From assembly GCF_036971445.1 (NCBI RefSeq), contig NC_091473.1, positions 190,340,001-190,404,000 of the forward strand: a DNA stretch of 64,000 nt, written 5' to 3'. Origin of the DNA: Narcine bancroftii (Eukaryota). Under the pieces are notes generated by a model that was given only the letters and a program-made list of their open reading frames with translations, ran no database searches and was not told the origin of the DNA. The position numbers and the translations under genes were made by a program. Shown here one piece after another: positions 46,838 to 59,589 of the stretch (positions are counted from its first letter, which is position 1; every line of letters starts with the position of its first letter).

Positions 46838-46910
46838 CTAGTCACTCTCTTCCGTTTTACATCTCTGGCTTCAGTTAAACCATGCACCCCTTCTTCCCCC
46901 ATCACCTTTC

Positions 46911-47060
46911 NNNNNNNNNNNNNNNNNNNNNNNNNNNNNNNNNNNNNNNNNNNNNNNNNNNNNNNNNNNNNNNNNNNNNNNNNNNNNNNNNNNNNNNNNN
47001 NNNNNNNNNNNNNNNNNNNNNNNNNNNNNNNNNNNNNNNNNNNNNNNNNNNNNNNNNNNN
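46911..47060. other. Assembly gap (150 N)
   Basis: N run. Confidence 1.
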
Positions 47061-48177
47061 TCCCAAAATCAATTCTCACCTCTCATTATGTCCAACTAAT
47101 GCCTTTTGTGGGTCTGGACCCCTCCCCCTGCCAGTCTTCAGTGGACATCTTCCTGTTCTCTGTTTCTACTTCAGACCCAAAACATCGGGGATGTGTCTTT
47201 ATCTCTGAAAGACTCTGCGAGATGGGCTGAGTTCCTCCAGCATTCACTGTAACTTTTTACCCAATTATGGTTCAACCTTTCCCATCCCAGGGGGTGGGTC
47301 ACGTGATGGAGTAGCGGTGGGTCGGGAAAAATAGCCCTCCACTGTTGGGAAAAAGGTAGAAAAACATTAAAAAAAGGTCACAAGATAAAAAGGATAAGAA
47401 GAACCTGAAGACGACTCCAAAGAAGGAAAAGTCCACAACGGCAAGTAGAGATAAAGAAATCACTGGAGGAGAAAAATAAAGAAGGCCTTACCAGAGTCCA
47501 GGAGCAGGGAGCTCTCCCCAAAACGATGGCCCGAGCAGTGAACCCCCGGGGAGGTCCTGCAGCATTGGTTTGCGGAGCCAGGAAAAAGGAATGCCAGTAG
47601 GCATGCACGACTCCCCAGTGTGCATTGACAAGGGGACAAGGGCAAAACACTGAATCGGCAGTGGGAGAGGCCGCGAAGAAAACACTGAGAGGAGTGGGAA
47701 CCACACGGAGCCAAGAAATAGAACAAGAAGATCAAGAGGATAAAGACTTACAGGGAAAAAAAAATACAAGGTAAATAACAGACACAGATGGTAGATGAGG
47801 AATAAATTGACGGTCAAATAAAGATTCTAATGGACACAATAATGGCTGAGCTCAGTACTATAAAAAAAACCCCATGACAGAAGTAAAAATGCAGAGAATG
47901 GAGAAGGCTATGGCAGACATGAGGAAACAAAGACGGAGGGATTGGAGTGGAAATGGAGGCAAATGAGTTTGGAGAAACATCAGAAGATAGGGATGAGTTT
48001 AAGAAGACACGTGATTTATGGGCTCAGAGAACGGGCATTTTAGACCCTTTCAGCAGACGTAAAAATATAAAAATAATGGGCCTGAAAGAAGGCGAAGAAG
48101 GGGTGGACGTAAAAGGATTTATAAAAAGACGGATTCCACAGATCTTTGGAGTGGCAGAATTCCAAGAAGTAGAAATT

Positions 48178-49719
48178 GCCTCTGGAACTAGTTCATAAGA
48201 TCGGAGTATAGCCTGCTTTACAAATTCATAATCAGCTGCTTGTTGTACAGTGAGACACGAGTACACCTGTTGGGCTTTCCCTTTAAGAACACTTTGTAGC
48301 AGGTGTGACCACTGGTCTGGTGGCTATTTTAAATTTACAGCTACTTTCTCAAAAAGCTGAAAATACTGGTCTATTTCAACTTCCTCAAATGGAGGAACTA
48401 ACCTCACTTCTCTACTGACCAGAAACCTCTCTTCCTGACCAGCACATGGGTTTTGGGCTTCTCGCTCTCCTTGGGTTAGGTTCTGCCTCAATTTAGCTCA
48501 TTCTAGCTCATGCTCCCATTCTTTCTCTCTCTGCAGCTGCCCTTTCCTCCATTTCTGCCTGCCTTACTGCTTCCCATTCGGCTTTCCTTTCTGCCTCTCT
48601 TTTTTCCTCTAACTCTAGTTTTCTCAAAGCCAACTTTACTTCCTCTGAAGTTTTCTTCTTTGGAAACTGTTCTAATGCAGCTTCTTCAAATACCCCCTTT
48701 CCTACATAGTGTTTAACAATCTTTCGGGTAATTTCCTTTTTTGCCACCTCAGTTCATAGTGTAAGAAGTTTGAACTTGCCAACTCTAACCATCAGTTCTG
48801 ACTTATTAGCCATTTTTAAATTAACCACTGAAGGGTTCGATATGAACTGGTCAATATTCATAGTTGCTGGTTTTTCTGCTGGTGATTTATACACTCACCG
48901 TTTATTTTTAATTTCAAGCTGGAGCTTGAGTCAAACTCAGACGACTGATAACTAAGCACAAGTCAATCGGCCATAAAGCTTGCAAATTGGTTTGATCCCA
49001 GATGATGCCCCCAAATTATGTTACAAGATCAAACCAGCAACCACAAAGAAGGCAAATCACACAGGGGTAAAGATGAACAATTACTTTATTAACAAAAATT
49101 CACCTTCAAACTTTAATTCAAAATCCCCCCTTTTATAACAATGCCCACTGGTTACTATGCAAATCTCTATAATGATGTAAAACTAATAAATTCCCCAGCC
49201 TAAATATAGCATATATAATTAAAGTCTAAGTTATATTTCCAATCAGCCCACAGAAAAACTTAGACACAAAACAAACAAGATTCACAAAACTTCGATCTCA
49301 ACCTAAGTAAAGATCATAAACAAAATTCAGTTTATTCGGTAAACTGAAGCCAAAAGATCTTTGAGAGAGAGAGAGCACAAAATTCAAAGTTGCCTTCTTG
49401 TGTTGCTGCAGAGAGAGAGGAACCACTGGCCTGGTCCGGATCCTTCTGGCTGCCTTCGGAAAGTTCATCTCTTATTGGAATCCCAACATTCTAAACTGTC
49501 CTCCAGACCATGACTCATGCTCTGGGCTTCCTTCCACTCCACAGCACCACCCAGTGGTGGTTTATCGTCCAAGTCCAGACATTTTGAGATCATTTTCTGC
49601 ACATGCTCAGTCCATCTCGCACTCTCTCAGCAGTCTACCTTCACCTTGGCTCTCTAAGGCAAACTGTCACTTTTTAACATAAACCACACAATACATAGGC
49701 CAATACAGAACACTTTGTT
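48178..49719 (-). mobile_element. Gmr1-like Gypsy LTR retrotransposon 5' fragment: LTR (49019-49719), tRNA-Pro-like PBS and decayed gag
   Basis: Minus strand ..GTAACA then TGGGGGCATCATCTGGGAT (48995-49013). gag from the ATG at 48861 includes LVPPFEEVEIDQYFQLFEKVA..W..LLQSVLKGKAQ..DYEFVKQAILRSYELVPEA. Confidence 0.82.
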
Positions 49720-50746
49720 ATTGACAATCGAGTTAGAGGATATTCCACCAAAAACATATAGATGGAGGTTAAACCCCATATTGTTAAAGAGGCAAGACTT
49801 TTGGGAATACATAGAACAACAAATTAAAATATATTTTGAGACAAATTCAAATTCTGTAACAAATTTATATTATGGGACGCAATGAAGGAGTTTATTAGGG
49901 GACAAATAATTAGTTATACGACCAAGACTAAAAAAGAATATGATTGGGAAATAGAGCAGATGGAAAAAGAGATAGTAACTGTAGAGAAAGGTTTAATGAG
50001 AAGGGAAGGTATAGAGAAAAATAGAAAATTGACAGAGAAAAAATTAAAATGTTATACGTTGCAAACATAAAAAGTGGAGAAAATATTATGAAAACTAAGC
50101 AAAGATTTAGGAGAGAAAACCCAACTTGGAAACTAAAAACAGAACAAGCAACAAAAACTATCATTGCTACAAGGAAGGTGGATAAACAATCTCATTTCAC
50201 CTATTAGACATTTATGGAAATTTTTTAAAAATTCGATAAGCAATTGCATCAAACCAAAAACCCAGGGAAGATGACAAAATCGATGAGTTTTTGTCAAACA
50301 TTTGATTACCTCAATTACAATTGGAAGATCAAAATAAATGACTAAAGCCCCTGACAATTATATAATAAATGATACACTAATGACATTACCCAATGATAAA
50401 GTGTCAGGTGAAGATGGATTCCCTACAGAGGTTTATAAGGTATTCAATAATCTATTAATTCCATCCCTTTTAGAGGAAATGAAACAGGTGGAAGAGATCC
50501 ATAATTTGCCTGACTCGTGTAAAATGGCAATAATTACAGTAATTCCAAAAACAGGTAAAGAGCCGCTGTCACCAGCTTCATAGAGACAAATATCTTTACT
50601 AAATACAGACTACAAATTAATTGCAAATTTACTAGTGAATAGATTAACAGAATTGTGTACCAATATTAGTGACACTAGATCAGACAGGATTTGATAAAAA
50701 TAGAAGAGTGGCAGATTATATCTGTAAATTTATTAATTTAATCTAT

Positions 50747-53132
50747 CTTTCTTTTCTTTTCTTTGGCTTGGCTTCGCGGACGAAGATTTATGGAGGGGGT
50801 AAAAAGTCCACGTCAGCTGCAGGCTCGTTTGTGGCTGACAAGTCCGATGCGGGACAGGCAGACACGATTGCAGCGGTTGCAGGGGAAAATTGGTGGGTTG
50901 GGGTTGGGTGTTGGGTTTTTCCTCCTTTGCCTTTTGTCAGTGAGGTAGGCTCTGCGGTCTTCTTCAAAGGAGGTTGCTGCCCGCCAAACTGTGAGGCGCC
51001 AAGATGCACGGTTTGAGGCGATATCAGCCCACTGGCGGTGGTCAATGTGGCAGGCACCAAGAGATTTCTTTAGGCAGTCCTTGTACCTTTTCTTTGGTGC
51101 ACTTCTGTCACGGTGGCCAGTGGAGAGCTCGCCATATAACACGATCTTGGGAAGGCGATGGTCCTCCATTCTGGAGACGTGACCCATCCAGCACAGCTGG
51201 ATCTTCAGCAGCGTGGACTCGATGCTGTCGACCTCTGCCATCTCGAGTACTTCGACGTTAGGGATGTAAGCGCTCCAATGGATGTTGAGGATGGAGTGGA
51301 GACAACGCTGGTGGAAGCGTTCTAGGAGCCGTAGGTGGTGCCGGTAGAGGACCCATGATTTGGAGCCGAACAGGAGTGTGGGTATGACAACGGCTCTGTA
51401 TACGCTTATCTTTGTGAGGTTTTTCAGTTGGTTGTTTTTCCAGACTCTTTTGTGTAGTCTCCCAAAGGCGCTGTTTGCCTTGGCGAGTCTGTTGTCTATC
51501 TCATTGTCGATCCTTGCATCTGATGAAATGATGCAGCCGAGATAGGTAAACTGGTTGACCGTTTTGAGTTTTGTGTGCCCGATGGAGATGTGGGGGGGCT
51601 GGTAATCATGGTGGGGAGCTGGCTGATGGAGGACCTCAGTTTTCTTCAGGCTGACTTCCAGGCCATACATTTTGGCAGTTTCCGCAAAGCAGGACGTCAA
51701 GCGCTGAAGAGCTGGCTCTGAATGGGCAACTAAAGCGGCATCGTCTGCAAAGAGTAGTTCACGGACAAGTTTCTCTTGTGTCTTGGTGTGAGCTTGCAGG
51801 CGCCTCAGATTGAAGAGACTGCCATCCGTGCGGTACCGGATGTAAACAGCGTCTTCATTGTTGGGGTCTTTCATGGCTTGGTTCAGCATCATGCTGAAGA
51901 AGATTGAAAAGAGGGTTGGTGCGAGAACACAGCCTTGCTTCACGCCATTGTTAATGGAGAAGGGTTCAGAGAGCTCATTGCTGTATCTGACCCGACCTTG
52001 TTGGTTTTCGTGCAGTTGGATAATCATGTTGAGGAACTTTGGGGGACATCCGATGCGCTCTAGTATTTGCCAAAGCCCTTTCCTGCTCACGGTGTCGAAG
52101 GCTTTGGTGAGGTCAACAAAGGTGATGTAGAGTCCTTTGTTTTGTTCTCTGCATTTTTCTTGGAGCTGTCTGAGGGCAAAGACCATGTCAGTAGTTCCTC
52201 TGTTTGCGCGAAAGCCGCACTGTGATTCTGGGAGAATATTCTCGGCGACACTAGGTATTATTCTATTTAGTAGAATCCTAGCGAAGATTTTGCCTGCAAT
52301 GGAGAGCATCGTGATTCCCCTGTAGTTTGAGTAGTCTGAATTCTCGCCTTTGTTTTTGTACAGGGTGATGATGGTGGCATCACGAAGATCCTGAGGCAGT
52401 TTACCTTGGTCCCAACAAAGCTTGAAAAACTCATGCAGTTTGGCATGCAGAGTTTTGCCGCCAGCCTTCCAGACTTCTGGGGGGATTCCATCCATACCTG
52501 CTGCTTTGCAAACCTCAAAGCAAAGCTCGACGATGCAATCCGCCTCACGGACCCGTCCCCTGAAACCCTCTGGGATCAGTTGAAGACTACCATACTGCAA
52601 TCCACTGAAGAGGTACTGGGCTTCTCCTCCAGGAAAAACAAGGACTGGTTTGACGAAAACAGCCAGGAAATCCAGGAGCTGCTGGCAAAGAAGCGAGCTG
52701 CCCACCAGGCTCACCTTACAAAGCCGTCCTGTCCAGAGAAGAAACAAGCCTTCCGTCGCGCATGCAGCCATCTTCAGCGCAAACTCCGGGAGATCCAAAA
52801 TGAGTGGTGGACTAGCCTCGCCAAACGAACCCAGCTCAGCGCGGACATTGGCGACTTCAGGGGTTTCTACGAGGCTCTAAAGCCTGTGTACGGCCCCTCA
52901 CCCCAAGTCCAAAGCCCGCTGCGCAGCTCAGACGGCAAAGTCCTCCTCAGCGACAAGATCTCCATCCTCAACCGATGGTCAGAACACTTCCAATCTCTTT
53001 TCAGTGCCAACCGCTCAGTCCAAGATTCCGCCCTGCTCCAGCTCCCTCAACAGCCCCTAAGGCTAGAGCTGGATGAGGTTCCCACCCTGGATGAGACATA
53101 TAAGGCAATCGAACAACTGAAAAGTGGCAAAA
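50747..53132 (-). mobile_element. RTE-clade LINE, 5'-truncated with 5' inversion
   Basis: Minus strand 50747-52509 holds RT (YRGITMLSIAGK..DLTKAFD..GVKQGCVLAP..LFADD) and a C-terminal CxxC-H. Plus strand 52508-53132 holds the upstream linker ending ..LKSGK. The 12-bp TSD AATTTAATCTAT is at 50735-50746 and 53133-53144. Confidence 0.95.
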
Positions 53133-55749
53133 AATTTAATCTATACACCACAAATAAATAAAACACCAACTGTGGCAGTAGCTCTTGATGCAGATAAGGT
53201 TTTTGATAGAGTGGAATGGACTTTAAAAAGTACTACAGAAATTCAAATTACCAGAAAAATGTATTAATTGGATTAGAGCACTGTATAATGATCATTTGGC
53301 AAAAGTGGTAACAAATGGATATGTTTCAGACCACTTTAAATTGAGTAGGTCAACTAGGCAGGGATGCCCATTATTGCCTTCTCTGTTTGCTTTGGCTATA
53401 GAACCATAAGAAAAGAACCTACGATAAGGGGAATAAAAATAAAAGAGGAAAAATTTAAAATGAGCTTATACTATAGTATATTTAACGGACCCAGATAAAT
53501 CAATAAAAAGGTTTTATACAAAATTGAAAGAATATGGGGCGATATCAGGATACAAGGTTAATATTGATAAAAGTGAGGTGATACCAATGAACTAAGTCGA
53601 GTATACAAAATGTAAAAGTGAATCCCCTTTTAAATGGCCATCACAGGCCATACGTTACCTTGGTATTAGGATAGATAATTTAAATCATTTGTATAAATTA
53701 AATTACCAACCATTGATAAAAGTAAATGCAGGAAGATTTAAAGAAATGAAAAGATTTACCATTAACTTTAATAGGGAGAGTAAATTACATCGAGATGAAG
53801 GTATTTCCACGGCTACAATATCTGTTCCAAATGCTACCGATTCCCCTGACAGGGGAATTTTCTATGAAACTAAGTAAATTGATAAAGTTTTTATGGAAAG
53901 GTAAAAAAAAAATCAAGAGTGTCTTTGGAAAATTAACATGGGCGTATAAACAAGGAGGACTGCAGCTACCAAATTTCAAAAACTATTACAGGACAGCACA
54001 GTTAAGATATTTATCAGATGGGAGAAAAACCAGATTGGCTCAAGATTCAGTTATATAAATTAGGAGAAAAGCTCCCTGAACATTTACTGGATAAATGGGA
54101 TGAGAAACTGGTGCAACTCAACAATCTACCAATAGTACATCATATATTAAAAACATGGACAAGAATACATCTGGAACGAGAGATGATAAATTATCAAATA
54201 CCAAAAATGTTACTAACGCAAAAACCCTTTTACAATAGACAATCTATTTTTTTAATGGGCAAGAAAAGGAATTAAAAGAATAAAAGATTGTTTTTTGGGA
54301 AATAATTTATTGACATTTGAACTGTTAAAAAATAAATACGGAATATCACATGGGACAATATTTTTATACGATCAGTTGATAACTTATTTAAAAGAAAAGT
54401 TGGGAACTAGCCTAAGATTACCTGAGAGTAGCTGCTATGAATACTTAATTACAGACAGTGGGATAGTAAAAAAAAATCTTATCACAAACATGTTCAGCAA
54501 ATTGCATTACAAGGAAAATGATGAAACAATAGATAAACCCAAAGAAGGTTGGGAAAAAGATTTAAATATACGAATAAAGAACGAAACAATAAATACTCGG
54601 TTTCATATAATACAATACAATTGGCTACATGGATTATATGTTACACCTCAAAAGTCAAAATTCCAACAATATCAGACAGACACTTTCACTGTAAACAAGA
54701 AATTGGAACAACATTACACCCAATTTGGACATGTACAAAAGTGAAAACCTTTTGGGAGGATTTAAACCTAACATTAAATAGAATTATAAAAAATAGGATA
54801 CCGAAAGACCCAAAAATCTTCCTGTTAAACAACATAAAAGGCAAAAAATTAGACAGGGCTCAAAAAAGATTTATGATTGCGCTTGGCAGCAGGATAAAAG
54901 TGCATCATGATAACGTGGAAAACGGAGAGAACCTTTAAAATACAACAATGGTCCATAAAAATGAACAAGTGGATTCCATTAGAAAAAAATACCTACAATC
55001 TAAAAGACAAATATACTTTATCTGAACAAATTTGGGAACCTTACATAGAATATATTAGAAACCGCTGATTTCAAACCTCCATCTCTAAATGTGATAAAAT
55101 ACAAGTATGAAAATAATTAAATATGAAACAATTGAATATGAAATAATAAAATATGAAAATTAGATACAAAATTAATAACAAGGTATGAAATGTGAAATAA
55201 TTAAATATGAAATTTTGGATGACACGATTTTCTCTTTTTTAGTTTCTTTTATTTCTTTATTTCTTCCTTTTTTTCTTTCATTTCTTATTTTAAGTTATAG
55301 GATGTGGGGGAAGGGGGAAAAAGAGGAAAATGTCATTGTGTAGTGTTTAATGCTGAATATTTGTACATATTGTCACTGACGTGGTTCATGGTGAAGTATT
55401 AAATAAAAAAGTATTTTACAAAAACCGTTCACATCCTCAAAACAACAGTTGAGTGCCGCCTCCTGCTTACCCGTCGTGCTGACACGCTCTGTTCCTGCAC
55501 AGATTCGCATGGAAACAGGCCCTTTCGGCTCAATGTGCCCATGCTGACCCCAATGTCCCACCCACAATCACCCCAGCTTTGTTCCGGACCCCTTTAAACC
55601 CATCCTATCTAAGCGTAATCCAAGGTTATGTGGAGAAAGGTGGGGTGTGGGACTGACTGGGAGAATGGATCAGCTCATGATAGAATGATGGGGTGGATAG
55701 AATGATGGGGTGGACTGGATGGGCTGAACAGCCTACTTCTGCTCCTCTA

Positions 55750-56330
55750 TTTTTCTCCCCCAAAATAGACTTAATTCAAATAAATTATTTGCAAAGGAGA
55801 AAAGTGTTTGAATTCTTTACACACCCATGGTGTCACTACCTGTGCATTCCCATCAATCTACATGGTTACATTTGTTCTACAAGTACCCCATTACCACCCC
55901 TGAGGCACCTTGTCATTTCTCCCCACACTCCCCCCCCCCTGTTGTTTGAAGCCCCTCAGTGCCCGGTGACGGCGCCTTCCCCACAGCGCCCTTGCTTTGG
56001 CTGCTCCGGGCCCCAGCCCATCCCTTAGCGGGTACTTCTGTGGCCCGGAATGTGGCTGTTGGCAGTGTCCCCCTCACTGACGGCGGGTTTCAGGCTGGCC
56101 AAAGGGCACCTTCTCACCAAGGTAGGCAGTCTTCCAGCCGTTCTGGATGTTGGACCCTGTGGGTGTCCCCAGGAGCGGCCCGTGGATCAGAGAGTCCTCT
56201 GTGTGCTGCTGCTGGGGTTGAACCATGACACAGACCCCTTGCGTCCTTCCTTGCACTCTCTTGGTGAATCCACATTCAGCAACGAGGTGGGCGACTTTCT
56301 CCACCCAACCGCAGTCAGCTGGAGGACAAC
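55750..56330 (-). mobile_element. Tx1-like LINE 3' fragment
   Basis: EKVAHLVAECGFTKRV..TEDSLIHG..HSGPQKYPLRDGLGPGAAKARALWG. Confidence 0.65.
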
Positions 56331-56334
56331 GAAT

Positions 56335-56880
56335 GTGGTCGGTGATGTTCCAGGTGTACAGGAAGGTACTCCTCGATCTTATGGTTGTATGGATCCATCC
56401 AGATGTTTCCCAAACATTGCAATAGCACCTGCCTCAACCACGTCCTCTGGCAGCCCATCCGTGCAAAATAAAAGTTATCCTTCACGTCCAATCTATCGTG
56501 GACACTCAACACCTCCTCATTTGTCAGGGGGGCGCAACGACGACTGGACTTCCTGAATTGGGCAAGGCTACCAGCCGCCATTATGTCAACCTTCTGTAGG
56601 AGCTCCATCGGGAGCATCACCGCGCGGGTAGTCACTGCAGTGAAATGGGTCGGAGGTCGAACCTCAGGGAGTGGCAGAGAGGATCACTCGAATCTACCTC
56701 CTCCCCCCGCCCCCATTGATGTGATCGACCGGGATCATTGACTGAAATCGTCGAGGGCCCCACCTGCGGCATCTTCCAGCTGCTCCCGTTGGGGGGAGTG
56801 GGGGGAGAGATTGAGAGGATCTTTCCCACGGGCAGCGAGAACGCTGAAAGACCCTAAGGAGCTACTCGTCCTCACCAGAA
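56335..56880. mobile_element. CR1 (-) and Rex1-like (+) remnants
   Basis: CR1 3' motifs at 56335-56520. At 56540-56880, remnants such as LDFLNWARLPAAIMSTFCRSSIGSI and FQLLPLG. Confidence 0.55.
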
Positions 56881-57239
56881 GTGTAAACGCGCAACCCCAC
56901 ATCAGCCCTCCCTCCCTTCCTGCCCCCCCGCCCCCTCACCAACTGCCGGGGCCCAATGACCACAACATCTGCCTGCAGGATTAAAAACAGCATTGATTTG
57001 TGTAGTGGCAGCTAAATAAAGACTCGGACAACATCGCCATGGTCCCCGGAGGGAGATGACGAGAACCACACCTTGCAGCTGTCTGGTCGAACTATCATCT
57101 GGCCAGGCCTGAGGGCAAGGGAACAAGTCCTAGAGATATCAAGGCTTTTGGCGGACATCACCCAGCCCATCTCATATGGGCAACCGAGTGGGCAGAGACC
57201 ATTCAGTCATCGAGACCCACCACTGATTCTCTCCTGAAG

Positions 57240-57860
57240 AGACAGGTGCGGGAGTCGGCCATTTGGCCCGTCAAGCCTGCTCCCCCATTCAATGAGATCA
57301 TGGCTGATCTGATCATCAGCTCACCTCCACCCACCTGCCTTTTCCCTCATATCCCTTAATTCCCCTTCTATGTAAAAATCTACCCAACCTTGTCTTAGAT
57401 ATATTTACCGAGGTCGCCTCCATGCTTCAACGGGCAGAAAATTCCACAGATTCCCCACCCTCTGGGGAAAACCAGTTCCTCCTCATCTCTGTCCTAAATC
57501 TACTCCCCTGGATCTTGAGGCTACGTCCCCTCATTCTCCTCTCACCCACCAATTTACCGACCTCTGTCTTATTGATGCCTTTCATAATTTTATACATTTC
57601 TATAAGATCCCCTCCCATTCTTCTAAATTCCAGCGAGTGCAGTCCCAGACGACTTGATCTCTCCTCATAGGCCGACCCACTCATCCCCGGAATCAATCTG
57701 GTGAACCGTCTCCAAAGTCAGCCCATCCTTCCTCCATAAGGAGACCAGAACTGCCCACAGTTCTCCAGATGCGGCCTCATCTGGGGCCTGATACAATGGC
57801 AGCACGACCTCCCTGCTCTTACATTCAATCCCTCTAGCAATGAAGGGCAACGTTCCAGTC
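57240..57860 (-). mobile_element. CR1 3' fragment
   Basis: ARGIECKSREVVLPLY..RPHLENCGQFWSP..GDLIEMYKIMKG. Confidence 0.85.
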
Positions 57861-58044
57861 CCTGCAAGGAAAACACGGCTGGAAACGCGAGTGTTGATTC
57901 CCTTTCCCTAATTATCCGCAAGTTGTTAAAAAGCCATCTTAGGAATTGCAAAATAAATAAATGAAGTGTTGCTGGAAGGACTCAGCCGGCCAAGTAGCAT
58001 TGGTGGAGCGAAACCCATCAGAATCAGGATTTATTGTCATGAAC

Positions 58045-58710
58045 ATATGCCAATGAGAGTCAAAGAAGTGACTGTGAGGGTAAAAAACCAGAATAAAACA
58101 GTAAGGGACATCGCCCAAACCTTAGGATGACCAAAATCAACTGTTTGGAACATCAGTGAGAAGAAAGGGGGTCCTGGTGATCTCAGTCATCGCAATGGGA
58201 CTGGTTGACCAAGGAAAATCTCCACTGTTGATGACAGAAGGAATCTCAGCAGAATGAAGAAAAATCCCCAAACGCCTGTCGGACAGATCAGAAACACTCT
58301 TCAGGAGGCAGGTGTGGATACGTCATTGGCGACTGTCCACAGGAGACTAAGGTTTGGGCGATGTCTCTCACGGTTTTATTCTGGTTTTCCAGCCTCATCA
58401 TGGATTCTTTCACTTTCATTGGCTCAACTCTGGTCCTCATGTAGAAAGATGGCAACCACAGACTCCAAACGCTGAGAGCAAGCCTCGTTCACTTCTACCT
58501 GCACCAATGAAGCAATTAAACACACCTGAGTTCTCACAAACACCTGCGCAGCCAAATGTCCTAAATGTTATGGTGCCCCGAAATGGGGGAAAAAAGGTGT
58601 ACCTTGAATAAAATCTGGCATCTGCACTTTAATCACATGTGAATTGTTTGATTACAAATTGAAAACTGTGAAAGTAGAAGAAATAAAGCACCTTTGTCCT
58701 AAATATCTCA
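58045..58710. mobile_element. Tc1 transposon derivative (two left-end pieces in inverted orientation)
   Basis: + strand KTVRDIAQTLG*PKSTVWNI..G*PRKISTVDDRR..IRNTL..VSLATVHRRL-like HTH. 58347-58422 is an inverted copy of 58050-58125. Confidence 0.75.
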
Positions 58711-58711
58711 A

Positions 58712-59325
58712 ACTCTGGTAGAGCGGAGGGATCTGGGAACGCAGATACATCATTCCCTGAAAGTGGAGTCACAGGTGGGCAGGGGCGGAAAGAGAGCTTT
58801 TGGCATCTTGGCCTTCATCATTCAAAGTATTGAGTGCAGGAGTTGGGATGTTCTGGTCAAGTTGTGGAAGACATTGGTGAAGCCAGATTTGGAGCGTGGC
58901 GGACAGTTTGAAAGAGGGAAGAGTAGATTTCCTAGAATACGGCTAGGACTTCACGAAATGAGTTACAGGAAAAGGTTAAAAACAGGTGAGGACTTGATTC
59001 CCTGGAGTGTAGAAGAGTGAGGGTGAGATTTGATCGAGGTGTTTAAAACTGATGAGGGGGACGGACAAGAGTCAATGTGGGTGGGATTTTTCCACTGAGG
59101 GTGGGGGAGACAGGTTAAGGGTGAAGGGGAAAAGTTTAGGGGGATTTTCTTCACACAGAGAGGGGTGGGCCGAGCTGAGGTGGTGAATATTAACACTTAA
59201 GAAGAATTTGGGCGGGTGCATGGATGGGAGGGGTATGAACTGGGGGAAGATCAGTGGGTCCAGGCAGAAAGAGGGATTGACACCGACGAGAAGGGCCAAA
59301 GGGTCCTATTTCTGTGCTGTAAGTG
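58712..59325 (+). mobile_element. CR1 3' fragment
   Basis: KRAFGILAFIIQSIECRSWDVLVKLWKTLVKPDLE. Confidence 0.85.
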
Positions 59326-59589
59326 GAGGGCATAGTATGTGTACCCACAATTAGCGGTGATTCTGCTTGGCCTGCATGTATGTGACCTGAGAACCAGTCT
59401 GTTCAAAACCAGATTGGGGGCGAGTTTCCACCCCACGACCCTTCTCCTGACCCCACCCCTTCTTAAACAGAGCCGCTTTGCAGACAGGAGAACTGGAGCG
59501 GGTTCGGGAGTTCGAGGAACCCAATCGCACTGCTTTGTCTTCACCTGTCCGGAGCGATTGTCTCTGTGCCGCGTCTCCTGTGGTCTCTG

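Larger units (their letters stand above)
47290..55422 (+). mobile_element. Older, decayed L1 related to the intact element, interrupted by a Gypsy fragment and an RTE
   Basis: Same 5' motif gtcacgtgatggagtag, ORF1 remnant RRKNIKIMGLKE and frameshifted ORF2 pieces colinear with 39890-43687. Degenerate TSD aacc(t/g)ttc(c/a)catcc at about 47274 and 55423. Confidence 0.88.

Noticed and set aside
52510-52798. N-terminal roughly 96 aa of the 661-aa RT ORF as a novel domain
   Set aside because: It is the antisense reading of the inverted RTE segment.
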